NCBI GenBank assembly: GCA_029218445.1
Contig: JAQXRI010000010.1
Coordinates: 2,381-66,380, forward strand
DNA: 64,000 nucleotides
Origin: Prevotellaceae bacterium
GTDB lineage: Bacteria; Bacteroidota; Bacteroidia; Bacteroidales; Bacteroidaceae
Direction: 5' to 3'
In this document: positions 18,613 to 28,371 of the stretch, in pieces
Position numbering within the stretch: the stretch's first letter is position 1
Layout: each line of letters begins with the position of its first letter
Program-made: the position numbers and the translations under genes
Notes under the pieces: generated by a model
Seen by the model: the letters and a program-made list of their open reading frames with translations, nothing else
What the model was told of the DNA's origin: nothing
The model's database searches: none

Positions 18613-20412
18613 TCAAAACCTAAGCCTCACTCCTACAGCAGCATAGCCGTGAGAGCCATAGAAGATGTCGTGCCACTGGGCATAGAGGTCGGCATGACGG
18701 CCTATCTGCTTGTTCAGTTGCAGCGAAGCGTAGATGTCGTTGTCGTCGGCCATGCGCTTGGGGGCATATTTGGTGAAGCAAACGGCTTGTGCCCTAAGCT
18801 GCCATTGCTGTGGAAGGAACAACGTTGGCGCAAGGCTGAACACGGCAAAGGTGTTGCGCTTCTTCTGCAGCTGCTCTTCCATGCGATATTTCGACGTGGT
18901 AAGCTCCATGCCGGCCGTGAGGTTGAAACTGCCGGTGTGCCAGCTGGCCGACGCCTGCGCCTGCCAAGTGTCGGTGTTGATCCATTGCAGCGGCACGCTG
19001 AAGGTCCTGACGTAGCCCTGCAGGTTGTAGTAGTTTGCACCCGACTGGATATGGACGTTGCCTGCCTTGGTGCAATAGACGAGCTGCAGTTGCTCAATTT
19101 TTGTCTCGTTGAACTTTTCGTCGTCAATTTCGGGCGTAGTGATGTATTCGCCTTGACCCAGAATGTCGGCCACGGTGTATTCTGCATAAATGGGATTGAC
19201 AAACTTGCGGTTGTAGCTCAGTTGCAACTGATGGGCAACGGACGGGCGGTAGATGGCCGACACGCGCCAAGTGTTGCGTTCGTCGCTGCGGTGCTTGTCA
19301 AGCTTGAGGTGGTCGCTGAAACCATAACGGTACAATATGCTCCTGCCGCCGATGCTGAACGTCCAGCGTGGCAGTGAGTAGGTAAGCTCGGCATAGAAGT
19401 TGTGGTTGGTTACGGAGAAGGTGCCCTCGGTGGGCAGTTCCATTGCGCCTTCATGCGCCACACCGTCGCTGAAGCCCACCCAATAGCTCATTCGGCTGTA
19501 GTCAAACTCATATCCCGCCATGAAGTCCATGCCTTTCACAGGCAGCGGCACGTAAAGTTCGGCCAGGGCAATGGGCATGTTGGTAGTGGATTGCATGCTT
19601 ACGTTGCGGCTCAACTTCGACACATAAGTGTCAAGCGGCGAACTGCTGTGGAGGAAGAGCACCTGCGTCAGTAGCTCAAGGCCTTTGTCGTTGAATGCGT
19701 GGGTGTTGGACATCGACACGTATGACGTCCTGTTGCGCGACGTTTCCCATGCCGTCTTCTCCTGGCTGTACTGTTGCGATGCGGCAAGAGTTTGCCTGTC
19801 GCGTTCGGTCAACGCTGAGCACATGCCGAAGTGCAGCGTCTCTTCGTCGTTTCGTCTGCCGTCGCTGTCGCCATACTTATACCCAAAAATTCCCGTCATT
19901 TCAGCCCTCTTCGTACATAGTCGTCCCATGAGCGATGGCAGGAGGCTTGCATTGCGTCCGCCCGAAAGCGCCGACGGCCCATTGTTTGAAGCCTCGAAGC
20001 CAATGGTGCCCTCTGCGCCGCTGCGTTTCAGCAGGTGCATGTCTATTACACCGCCAAGTCCTGTTGTGCCTTTCTGCACTCCGGGGTTGTCAACTATTTG
20101 CAGCATCTCCACGTCAACGGCCCTAATGCTTGTCAACAGCATGCGTACGTCGCCAAGCAGATTGTCGTTGTCAAGACGCAGTTGAAAACCGTCAAGTATG
20201 TTGTCGTAGCCGGTCACCAGCATGCCACGATACATCTGAATGACGTCCAGCAATGTCTCGTTGCCGTTGAGCTTCATTCTTTGCGGATATATGACAGTGC
20301 GGTCGTGCTTTAGTTCCACGGCAGGGTGTTCGTCGTGTTTTTCATCTGAGGCAAACAGTGTCGGCTGCCCCATGAGCAGCATAGCTGCAAGTGCCGTAAT
20401 AAAATGTTTCAT
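18613..20412 (-). CDS. Divergent TonB-dependent-receptor-like outer-membrane beta-barrel protein
   Basis: Signal peptide; plug-like SIRAVDVEMLQIVDNP...GLGGVIDMHL; amphipathic strands; C-terminal VGVRLRF. Confidence 0.72.
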   Translation of the reverse strand: MKHFITALAAMLLMGQPTLFASDEKHDEHPAVELKHDRTVIYPQRMKLNGNETLLDVIQMYRGMLVTGYDNILDGFQLRLDNDNLLGDVRMLLTSIRAVDVEMLQIVDNPGVQKGTTGLGGVIDMHLLKRSGAEGTIGFEASNNGPSALSGGRNASLLPSLMGRLCTKRAEMTGIFGYKYGDSDGRRNDEETLHFGMCSALTERDRQTLAASQQYSQEKTAWETSRNRTSYVSMSNTHAFNDKGLELLTQVLFLHSSSPLDTYVSKLSRNVSMQSTTNMPIALAELYVPLPVKGMDFMAGYEFDYSRMSYWVGFSDGVAHEGAMELPTEGTFSVTNHNFYAELTYSLPRWTFSIGGRSILYRYGFSDHLKLDKHRSDERNTWRVSAIYRPSVAHQLQLSYNRKFVNPIYAEYTVADILGQGEYITTPEIDDEKFNETKIEQLQLVYCTKAGNVHIQSGANYYNLQGYVRTFSVPLQWINTDTWQAQASASWHTGSFNLTAGMELTTSKYRMEEQLQKKRNTFAVFSLAPTLFLPQQWQLRAQAVCFTKYAPKRMADDNDIYASLQLNKQIGRHADLYAQWHDIFYGSHGYAAVGVRLRF

Positions 20413-20542
20413 TGTCGTTTTGGTTATTTGTGCGTGCAAAGTTATAGCTTTTTCGCACATTGCAAAACTTCCTTAGCGTTAAATATTGTTACACGTTGCA
20501 TTTTTCATGTCAGTGTTTCTTTGTTTTCCTCGTTTTTATTCG

Positions 20543-20550
20543 TACCTTTG
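20543..20550 (+). promoter_or_regulatory. Bacteroidetes -7 promoter element upstream of the riboswitch
   Basis: TACCTTTG matches TAnnTTTG, about 10 nt before the riboswitch 5' end. Confidence 0.65.
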
Positions 20551-20559
20551 CCGCCGAAT

Positions 20560-20745
20560 ATTGAGGTTCGCATAACAGCGATTAAAAGGGAATGGGGTGT
20601 AAATCCCCAACTGTCCCGCAGCTGTAAGTTCCTTTATCGTTCGCATACAGCAAATCCACTGCCTACAGATGGCCCTTTGACTTTTCGAGTGGCCATGAAG
20701 GTGGGAAGGAGTATGCGGCGGAACGAAGTCAGAAGACCTGCCCCA
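20560..20745 (+). ncRNA. Cobalamin (B12) riboswitch
   Basis: AGGTT...TTAAAAGGGAA-TGGGGTGTAAATCCCCA-ACTGTCCCGCAGCTGTAA, then CCACTG, GGGAAGG and the B12 box AAGTCAGAAGACCTGCC (20726-20742). Confidence 0.93.
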
Positions 20746-20926
20746 AAAGTTAAATGCCGAACATCCTCGGTGTAAGGATTGGAAAGCGCCCCTATATCTT
20801 ACAGGCACTGGAGTAGAAAAACGATGGCTCTCCGTGTGGCTTTGTCAGCACCGAAGGATTGTACGCGTTGGTTAAAACGATGCGAACCGTACGTGTATTA
20901 TTATATAAGTTTATTGATGAAAATTT

Positions 20927-20952
20927 GCCCAATCGTGAGATTGGGCTTTTTT
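20927..20952 (+). terminator. Rho-independent terminator closing the riboswitch transcript
   Basis: GCCCAATC-GTGA-GATTGGGC followed by TTTTTT. Confidence 0.85.
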
Positions 20953-21067
20953 CATTGCCCAAAACAGAAAAATAGGGCTGTAAAGTTTGGCTGTCTCAAA
21001 AATTACGCTTAACTTTGCACGGATTTTTCCGTTACTTGACATACGGACGGCACTTCGACGAAACGAC

Positions 21068-22480
21068 ATGAAAAGAATATTGGCCATATTTAGCGTTATT
21101 ATGCTGGCAGCCGGCTGTTTGGCCGCTGTGCAGCACCATGCACCCCGAGTGAAATATCCGGGCAAGAAATGCTATACTTACAGAATCACGCTGAAAGACA
21201 AGCGCGGCGGCGCATACGCCATCGACAAGCCGCGACAGTTTCTTTCGGCAAAAGCCATAGAACGCAGGAAAAGGCAGAACCTGAAAATTGACTCCACCGA
21301 CCTGCCCGTATCAAGAAGCTACATCAGAAGCATCATGGCCATTACCGACGAGATGACGCTCGTGGGCACAAGCAAGTGGAACAACACGGTGCTGATAAAC
21401 TGCATCGACACCAGCATCGTGAACAGCATTAAACGGCTGTCGTTCGTCAACTCATGCCAACTTGTGTGGGTGTCGCCCGACTCCATCACGCCCGGCATAA
21501 AGCGCAAGAAGCTGAAAGACTCGTTTAACGCCTGGGATTCGCTCAAGCACGTGAAATATGGCTCGGCGCATGAGCAGATAGCACTGCTGAACGGACAGAA
21601 GCTGCACGAAAAGGGCTTTCGTGGCGAGGGCATGAGCATAGCAGTGCTCGACGGCGGATTTGCCAATGTAGATAGACTTAACGCATTTTCCAACGTGAAG
21701 ATTGGCGGACACGAGGACTTTGTCTTTCCGCGTTCACGAAGCATATTCAACGAAACCGACCACGGAACCAAGGTGCTGTCGGCCATGGGCGTAAACGCAC
21801 CTACAGTATATATAGGTACGGCACCTGAAGCAACCTTTTGGCTGCTGAGGTGTGAAGACCAGCAGTCGGAACAACCCGTGGAGGAAGACTATTGGGCCAT
21901 GGCGGCCGAATATGCCGACTCTGTTGGCGTTGACCTTATAAGCAGCAGTTTAGGCTACAACGAATACGACAACCACTTGGGCGACCACAAATACAGCGAG
22001 ATGGACGGAATGACCACCCTAATATCGCGCACGGCGTCAATGTTGGCAGGAAAAGGCATCATACTGGTGAACAGTGCCGGCAACTACGGCATGGGGACAT
22101 GGAAGAAAATAACCTTCCCCGCCGACGCCCACGACATAATTACCGTAGGAGCCGTGACGCCCACACTCGTCAACGCTCCTTTCAGCGGCATCGGCCCTAC
22201 ACAGGACGGACGAATAAAGCCCGACCTCATGGCCACCGGAAGCCCGGCTGCACTGATATCGGCCAGAGGAACGGTGATGGAAGACATGGGGACGTCGTTT
22301 TCCACTCCCATTATTTGCGGCCTTATAGCCTGTCTGTGGCAAGCCATGCCTCAAAAGACCGCACTCGAAATGATTGACATAGTGCGCCGATGCGGCAACA
22401 ACTACAACACTCCCGACAACATCTACGGATATGGAATTCCGGATTTCATGAATTGTTTAGAGGTGAGAAGTGAGAGGTGA
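21068..22480 (+). CDS. Secreted S8 (subtilisin-family) serine peptidase
   Basis: IAVLDGGF, DHGTKVLS, NSAGN, IKPD and GTSFSTP catalytic motifs; signal peptide; own TAACTTTG element at 21010-21017. Confidence 0.92.
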   Translation: MKRILAIFSVIMLAAGCLAAVQHHAPRVKYPGKKCYTYRITLKDKRGGAYAIDKPRQFLSAKAIERRKRQNLKIDSTDLPVSRSYIRSIMAITDEMTLVGTSKWNNTVLINCIDTSIVNSIKRLSFVNSCQLVWVSPDSITPGIKRKKLKDSFNAWDSLKHVKYGSAHEQIALLNGQKLHEKGFRGEGMSIAVLDGGFANVDRLNAFSNVKIGGHEDFVFPRSRSIFNETDHGTKVLSAMGVNAPTVYIGTAPEATFWLLRCEDQQSEQPVEEDYWAMAAEYADSVGVDLISSSLGYNEYDNHLGDHKYSEMDGMTTLISRTASMLAGKGIILVNSAGNYGMGTWKKITFPADAHDIITVGAVTPTLVNAPFSGIGPTQDGRIKPDLMATGSPAALISARGTVMEDMGTSFSTPIICGLIACLWQAMPQKTALEMIDIVRRCGNNYNTPDNIYGYGIPDFMNCLEVRSER

Positions 22481-22501
22481 GAGGTGAGAGGTGAGAGGTG
22501 A
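22460..22501 (+). repeat. 7-bp tandem repeat (GAGGTGA x6) spanning the peptidase stop codon
   Basis: GAGGTGA GAAGTGA GAGGTGA GAGGTGA GAGGTGA GAGGTGA. Confidence 0.85.
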
Positions 22502-22511
22502 GAAAACGACA

Positions 22512-23822
22512 ATGAAAACAATAACACTATATGAACTTAACAACCTCGTCAGGCAAACCATTGAGATTGGCCTGCCAAAGTCGTATTGGGTAGAGGCGGA
22601 AATAGCTGAACTAAGGGAAAACGGCGGACACTGCTACATGGAACTCATTGAGAAAGACGAACATCGCAACACGCCTGTGGCAAAGGCATCGGCCAAATGC
22701 TGGCGACAGACGTGGGGAGCCGTGAAACCATATTTCGAGCACGTAACCGGCAAGCGGATGACGGCAGGCATGAAGGTGCTGGTCAACGTGTATGCCCAAT
22801 TCCACGAGGCCTACGGCTTTTCGTGGATTATAACCGACATCGACCCAAACTTCACGTTGGGCGACATGGCACGGCGAAGACTCGAGATAATCAGGCGACT
22901 GAAGGAAGAGGGCGTGTTTGACCTCAACAAGCAGTTGCCACTGCCCTTGTTTGCACAACACATCGCCGTAATATCGAGCAGGACGGCGGCCGGCTACGGC
23001 GACTTTGCCAACCAACTGCTCAACAACACCCACGGATATTGGTTTGACGTCAACCTGTTTGAAGCCACCATGCAGGGCGAAGGAGTGGAAAGAAGCATAA
23101 TAAAAGCCCTCAACGCCATCAATATGGATTGCGACAGCTACGACTGCGTAGTAATAATAAGAGGTGGCGGAGCCACGAGCGACATGTCGGGATTCGACAC
23201 TCTCGAACTGGCCGAAAACGTAGCCAACTTTCCACTTCCCATAATAACAGGCATAGGCCACGACCGCGACGAATGCATACTCGACATGGTGTCGCACACA
23301 AGAGTGAAGACCCCAACCGCCGCAGCCGCCCTGCTGATAGACAACCTGCACATGGTGGAAAAGCGCATTGACGAGGCAAGACAGCGCATGGCCTCCCTCA
23401 CGACGAAAACGATGGAGGTTGAGAAGCTGCGCATCAGCCGCCTGTCAGAACGACTGCCAATGCTTTTCGGCAGCATGAAAGACAAAAACGAGGCACGGCT
23501 CGACATACTTCAGGAACGCCTTACGCGACATGCCGAAATGAGGCTTTCCTACTGCCAAAATTTTGTTGGACAGTTGGAGAACAAAATTTTCGCAACTGTC
23601 GAACACGTTTTGATGCTCGAAAGGCATCGCCTCGAACTGCTGGAAGGACGCGCCAAAAACCTCGACCCGCAACTGCTGCTCCGCCGTGGCTACAGCATTA
23701 CATTGGCAGGTGGCAAGGCTCTGGTTGACCCGCGACAAGTGAAGCCCGGCGACATAATAGAAACGCGGCTTCAGAAAGGAACAATAACGTCAATAGTAGG
23801 AGGTAAGGAGTTAAGGTGGTAA
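22512..23822 (+). CDS. xseA: Exodeoxyribonuclease VII large subunit
   Basis: YWVEAEI, GHCYMEL, IIRGGG, TGIGHDRD, KTPTAAA and LRRGYSI motifs. Confidence 0.96.
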   Translation: MKTITLYELNNLVRQTIEIGLPKSYWVEAEIAELRENGGHCYMELIEKDEHRNTPVAKASAKCWRQTWGAVKPYFEHVTGKRMTAGMKVLVNVYAQFHEAYGFSWIITDIDPNFTLGDMARRRLEIIRRLKEEGVFDLNKQLPLPLFAQHIAVISSRTAAGYGDFANQLLNNTHGYWFDVNLFEATMQGEGVERSIIKALNAINMDCDSYDCVVIIRGGGATSDMSGFDTLELAENVANFPLPIITGIGHDRDECILDMVSHTRVKTPTAAAALLIDNLHMVEKRIDEARQRMASLTTKTMEVEKLRISRLSERLPMLFGSMKDKNEARLDILQERLTRHAEMRLSYCQNFVGQLENKIFATVEHVLMLERHRLELLEGRAKNLDPQLLLRRGYSITLAGGKALVDPRQVKPGDIIETRLQKGTITSIVGGKELRW

Positions 23823-23835
23823 GGAGTTAACTCCC
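23798..23835 (+). repeat. 8-bp tandem repeat (AGGAGKTA x4) spanning the xseA stop
   Basis: AGGAGGTA AGGAGTTA AGGTGGTA AGGAGTTA, then ACTCC, forming the palindrome GGAGTTAACTCC. Confidence 0.7.
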
Positions 23836-23856
23836 TCAAAATAATAAAAAACACTT

Positions 23857-24054
23857 ATGGAAAAGACAATGAAATACGAAGATGCAGTGAAGGAACTGGA
23901 AAGCATCGTCAGGCGAATGGAAAACAACGAACTCGACATCGACTCGCTGAGTTCAGAACTCAAACGCGCCCAAACGCTGATAAAACTCTGCAAAGACAAA
24001 CTGACAAAAGCCGACAATGAGGTGAAAAAAGTGCTGGGAAAAAGTGAAGAATGA
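23857..24054 (+). CDS. xseB: Exodeoxyribonuclease VII small subunit
   Basis: YEDAVKELESIVRRME...LIKLCKDKL; follows xseA. Confidence 0.93.
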   Translation: MEKTMKYEDAVKELESIVRRMENNELDIDSLSSELKRAQTLIKLCKDKLTKADNEVKKVLGKSEE

Positions 24055-24134
24055 AAAAAAAAGTATTGAAATAGTTGGATATTAGAATTATTCTTCGTAA
24101 TTTTGCAACTGAATATGAAATAAAAAAACATAAT

Positions 24135-25157
24135 ATGAAAGATTTGGATTGGGCAAATCTCTCTTTCGGATACAGAAAGACTGATTACAACGTCCGTTGC
24201 TACTATCGCGACGGCAAATGGGGCGAAATAGAAGTTTGCTCCGACGAGTACATCAATATGCACATGGCCGCAACATGCCTCCACTACGGACAAGAGGCTT
24301 TTGAAGGCCTAAAGGCTTACCGCTGTCCCGACGGCAAGGTGCGCGTATTCCGCATGGACGAAAACGCCAAGCGCCTCCAGAGCACATGCGACGGCATAAT
24401 GATGCCAAAGGTGTCAACCGAGCTGTTTGAAGAAATGGTGAAGAAGGTAGTGCGCCTCAACCAGGAATGGATACCTACATACGAGAGCGGAGCCACACTA
24501 TACATACGTCCGCTGCTCATAGGAACATCGGCACAAGTGGGCGTACACCCATCGAAGGAATACCTGTTCCTCATCTTCGTCACTCCAGTAGGTCCGTACT
24601 TCAAGGGCGGTTTCTCAACCAACCCATACGTCATCGTGCGCGACTTCGACCGCTCGGCTCCTCTCGGCACAGGAAAATACAAGGTGGGAGGCAACTATGC
24701 CGCTTCGCTTTACGCCAACAACCTTGCTCACGAAAAGGGCTATGCTTGCGAGTTCTACCTCGACGCAAAGGAAAAGAAATACATCGACGAGTGTGGTGCC
24801 GCCAACTTCTTTGGCATAAAGGACAACACTTACATCACACCTGAGTCAACCAGCATCCTGCCTTCAATCACCAACAAAAGCCTGATGCAGGTGGCAGAAG
24901 ACCTTGGCCTAAAGGTTGAACGCCGACCTATTCCTGAAGAAGAACTCAGCACATTCGAAGAAGCCGGAGCTTGCGGTACTGCCGCCGTCATCTCGCCAAT
25001 ATCTTACATCGACGACCTCGACAACGGAAAGCGCTACACATTCAGCGCCGACGGCAAGCCTGGACCAATATCCACAAAACTGTTCAACCATCTGCGCAAC
25101 ATCCAGTATGGCATAGAGGAAGACAAGCACGGATGGACGACAGTAGTCATCGAATGA
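24135..25157 (+). CDS. ilvE: Branched-chain amino acid aminotransferase
   Basis: LHYGQEAFEGLKAY, LYIRP, KVGGNYA, ILPSIT and CGTAAVISP motifs. Confidence 0.95.
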   Translation: MKDLDWANLSFGYRKTDYNVRCYYRDGKWGEIEVCSDEYINMHMAATCLHYGQEAFEGLKAYRCPDGKVRVFRMDENAKRLQSTCDGIMMPKVSTELFEEMVKKVVRLNQEWIPTYESGATLYIRPLLIGTSAQVGVHPSKEYLFLIFVTPVGPYFKGGFSTNPYVIVRDFDRSAPLGTGKYKVGGNYAASLYANNLAHEKGYACEFYLDAKEKKYIDECGAANFFGIKDNTYITPESTSILPSITNKSLMQVAEDLGLKVERRPIPEEELSTFEEAGACGTAAVISPISYIDDLDNGKRYTFSADGKPGPISTKLFNHLRNIQYGIEEDKHGWTTVVIE

Positions 25158-25273
25158 GAAGAATAATAAGTAGAAGGGAGAGGGTAGAACATATCTCTAC
25201 CCCCTACCCTCTTCCCTCTATCCATCCCCCTAAAAAAAAATAACAACAACAATAATTCTAAAATCTTACGGCT

Positions 25274-25792
25274 ATGTTAAACAAGAAAGTAGAAGAGGCT
25301 ATCAACGCCCAAATCAACGCCGAACTCTGGTCGGCCTATCTGTACCTGTCAATGGCAGCATGGTGCCATGCAAACGGAAACCCTGGTATGGGCAAGTGGT
25401 TTGAGGTTCAGTTCCAGGAGGAGCAGGACCACGCAAAAATCATGTTCAACTATGTCATTTCACGTGCCGGCAAAGTTGAGCTGAAGCCCATCGAAGCTGT
25501 TCCAACAGAATGGACCAGCATTCTCGACGTGTTTGAGAGCACATTGGCTCACGAGCAGAAGGTGACAGGCCTTATCAACAACCTCTACGCCCTCAGCGTA
25601 TCAGAAAACGACTATGCCACAACCAGCATGCTGAAGTGGTTCATCGACGAGCAGGTTGAGGAAGAGGAAACAGCACAGGGCTACATCGACAATATCAAGA
25701 TGATAAAGGACAACGGCTACGGCCTTTACATGCTTGACAAGGAGCTTGGCTCACGCACCTATACACAAGCTTCACCACTGTCGAAAAAATAA
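25274..25792 (+). CDS. ftnA: Non-heme ferritin
   Basis: QINAELWSAYLYLSM, EEQDHA, HEQKVT and WFIDEQVEEE ferroxidase motifs. Confidence 0.93.
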   Translation: MLNKKVEEAINAQINAELWSAYLYLSMAAWCHANGNPGMGKWFEVQFQEEQDHAKIMFNYVISRAGKVELKPIEAVPTEWTSILDVFESTLAHEQKVTGLINNLYALSVSENDYATTSMLKWFIDEQVEEEETAQGYIDNIKMIKDNGYGLYMLDKELGSRTYTQASPLSKK

Positions 25793-25807
25793 ATTCTGTT
25801 GATGAAT

Positions 25808-25941
25808 AGTTGACAAGTAAACGAGTTGACAAGTTGACAAGTTGACGAGTTATTACCACTGCAGGTAATTTGCGATGTAACTATCAACTCGTTCACTTGT
25901 CAATTCATCAACTTGTCAACCTAACAATTAACTCGTCAACT
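25808..25941. repeat. Inverted pair of 8-bp tandem arrays (AGTTGACA / AACTTGTC)
   Basis: Left array 25808-25851 and right array 25879-25941 flank a ~27-nt spacer. Confidence 0.85.
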
Positions 25942-25950
25942 AAAAAAACT

Positions 25951-26721
25951 ATGTCCAAAGGAAAACTACAGAAATTCGCTGAGATGGAAACGTTTTCTAA
26001 CGTGTTCCAATTTCCCTATTCTACTATGACCGAAAAGCCCTTCGCCATGCAAGGCAGTTGGCGAAGCAGCTATTTCCACAACGACAACCCCATTGTTCTC
26101 GAACTTGGCTGCGGCAAAGGCGAATATACGGTGGGATTGGCAAAGCTGTTTCCCAACGTCAACTTCATAGGAGTTGACATCAAGGGAGCACGAATGCATG
26201 CAGGAGCCAAGCAGGCCGTAGAGGAAAAGATGGGCAATGTGGCTTTTCTGCGCACCAACATCGAAATAATCGACAAGTTCTTCGCTCCAGGCGAAGTGCA
26301 GGAAATATGGCTTACGTTCAGCGACCCGCAGATGAAGAACGTGCACAAACGACTGACAAGCACCTTCTTTCTCGAACGCTACCGCCATTTCCTGACCGAC
26401 GGCGGCATAGTGCACCTGAAGACCGACAGCAACTTCCTGTTCACCTACACTTCGATAATGGTGGAACACAACAATCTGCCACTTTTGTTCAAAACCGACG
26501 ACCTCTACCACACCGAAGGCATCGACGACGAAACGCGCCGTATTCTGGGCATTCAAACCTACTACGAATCGCAATGGATAGAACGTGGACTTAACATAAA
26601 ATACATGAAGTTCATGCTGCCGCACTCGGCAAAACTTGAAGAATCGGAAGTTGAAATACCACTCGACGAATACCGTAGTTATAAACGTACAAAGCGCAGT
26701 TCACTGGAAAAAAGCAAGTGA
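25951..26721 (+). CDS. trmB: tRNA (guanine-N7)-methyltransferase
   Basis: [26 protein letters not shown] and QTYYE motifs. Confidence 0.95.
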   Translation: MSKGKLQKFAEMETFSNVFQFPYSTMTEKPFAMQGSWRSSYFHNDNPIVLELGCGKGEYTVGLAKLFPNVNFIGVDIKGARMHAGAKQAVEEKMGNVAFLRTNIEIIDKFFAPGEVQEIWLTFSDPQMKNVHKRLTSTFFLERYRHFLTDGGIVHLKTDSNFLFTYTSIMVEHNNLPLLFKTDDLYHTEGIDDETRRILGIQTYYESQWIERGLNIKYMKFMLPHSAKLEESEVEIPLDEYRSYKRTKRSSLEKSK

Positions 26722-26839
26722 ACCGCGCTTTTTTCATGCCTAAATGGATAAAAACTTAGCGGTGCAACACAATAAATGTCTGAAATAATTTTGTAATTCC
26801 CACAACTTTTACTACCTTTGCGGCTGATATTGCAATATT

Positions 26840-27574
26840 ATGTACGAACAAGAGAAAATCAAGCCCTACGACAGCAAAGGAGACAAGGGCAAACAGGTGG
26901 AGGAAATGTTTGACAGCATTGCCCCTACTTACGACCAGCTCAACCACCGACTGTCGTGGAACATTGACAAAGGATGGAGGCTAAAGGCCATACAAACGCT
27001 ATCGGCCTATAAGCCACAAGAAATACTCGACGTAGCTACGGGTACGGGCGACTTCGCCATACTCGCAGCGCAAATGCTGCGTCCTGCGCGACTGACAGGA
27101 GCAGACATATCGGAGGGCATGATGCAGATAGGACGGAAAAAGGTAAAGGCACTTTCGCTTGACGACACGATAACCTTTGCAAAGGAAGACTGCATGAACC
27201 TCTCGTTTGCCGACAACACCTTCGACGCCGTGACGGCAGCCTTCGGCATAAGAAACTTTCCCGACCTCGACAAAGGACTCGCCGAAATGTGCCGCGTGCT
27301 GAAGCCGGGCGGACACCTCTGCGTAATCGAGCTGACACAACCAGCCAAGAATCCCATGAAAACATTGTTCAACATCTATTCACACACTGTACTGCCCACA
27401 TGGGGAAGATTAATCTCCAAGGACGACAAGGCATACTCCTATCTCACCGCAACAATAGAGGCTTTCCCTCAAGGCGAAAAGATGATGTCGATACTACAGC
27501 GTGCCGGATTCTCTGAAACGTCATTCCAAAGGCTCACCTTCGGAATATGTACTCTTTACTTAGCTACGAAATAA
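26840..27574 (+). CDS. menG: Demethylmenaquinone methyltransferase (MenG/UbiE)
   Basis: [25 protein letters not shown] and RVLKPGG motifs. Confidence 0.93.
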   Translation: MYEQEKIKPYDSKGDKGKQVEEMFDSIAPTYDQLNHRLSWNIDKGWRLKAIQTLSAYKPQEILDVATGTGDFAILAAQMLRPARLTGADISEGMMQIGRKKVKALSLDDTITFAKEDCMNLSFADNTFDAVTAAFGIRNFPDLDKGLAEMCRVLKPGGHLCVIELTQPAKNPMKTLFNIYSHTVLPTWGRLISKDDKAYSYLTATIEAFPQGEKMMSILQRAGFSETSFQRLTFGICTLYLATK

Positions 27575-27595
27575 CAAAAAAAACAAATATACGAT

Positions 27596-28342
27596 ATGGA
27601 CAAATACGGTTTGATTGGATATCCCCTGGGACACTCGTTCTCCATCAGCTACTTCAACCAGAAGTTTGCCGACGAAGGCCTTGACGCCGTTTACGAGAAC
27701 TTTGAAATACCAAGCATTGACGCACTGACGGAAGTATTGGAAACCAATCCCAACCTGCGCGGATTGAACGTTACCATTCCCTACAAGGAAAAGGTGATTC
27801 CATACCTCGACTCCATAAGCCCCGAGGCAAGGGCCATCGGAGCCGTTAACGTGATAAAGGTGGAACACCGCAACAACGACATCATACTGAAAGGCTACAA
27901 CTCAGACGTAATAGGATTTACCCGAAGCATTGAGCCAATGCTGGAAAGACACCATAAGAAAGCCCTCATCTTGGGCACTGGAGGGGCATCGAAAGCCATT
28001 CAGTACGGACTGAAGAGCCTTGGCCTTGAGTGCGTTTTCGTAAGCCGATACGACCGTCCTAACACCATACAGTATCAAGACGTGACGCCTGAGGTGGTGA
28101 AGGAGTACAACGTAATAGTCAATTGCACCCCTTGCGGAATGTATCCGCACACCGAAGAGTGTCCTCAGCTGCCTTACGAGGCCATGGACCACAAAACCAT
28201 ACTTTACGACTTGATATACAACCCCAACGAAACGCTGTTTATGAAAAACGGTGAGAAATATGGGGCAATGACCAAAAACGGCCTTGAAATGCTGCTTCTG
28301 CAGGCATTTGCAAGCTGGGACTTTTGGAACAGTAAAGGTTGA
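27596..28342 (+). CDS. aroE: Shikimate dehydrogenase
   Basis: GYPLGHSFS, NVTIPYKE, GAVN, LGTGGASKA and DLIYNP motifs. Confidence 0.95.
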   Translation: MDKYGLIGYPLGHSFSISYFNQKFADEGLDAVYENFEIPSIDALTEVLETNPNLRGLNVTIPYKEKVIPYLDSISPEARAIGAVNVIKVEHRNNDIILKGYNSDVIGFTRSIEPMLERHHKKALILGTGGASKAIQYGLKSLGLECVFVSRYDRPNTIQYQDVTPEVVKEYNVIVNCTPCGMYPHTEECPQLPYEAMDHKTILYDLIYNPNETLFMKNGEKYGAMTKNGLEMLLLQAFASWDFWNSKG

Positions 28343-28371
28343 AGATTGATAATTAAGAATTACGATACGAC

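Noticed and set aside
20779-21012. 77-aa ORF as the riboswitch target
   Set aside because: Runs through the terminator and into the next promoter, and has no recognisable features; not supported as a CDS.
25870-25950. N-terminal extension of TrmB in the ORF track
   Set aside because: Derived from the octamer array; ATG at 25951 is the plausible start. Similar over-extensions were trimmed for rpe, fmt, xseA, ilvE, lpxD, bamD and others.
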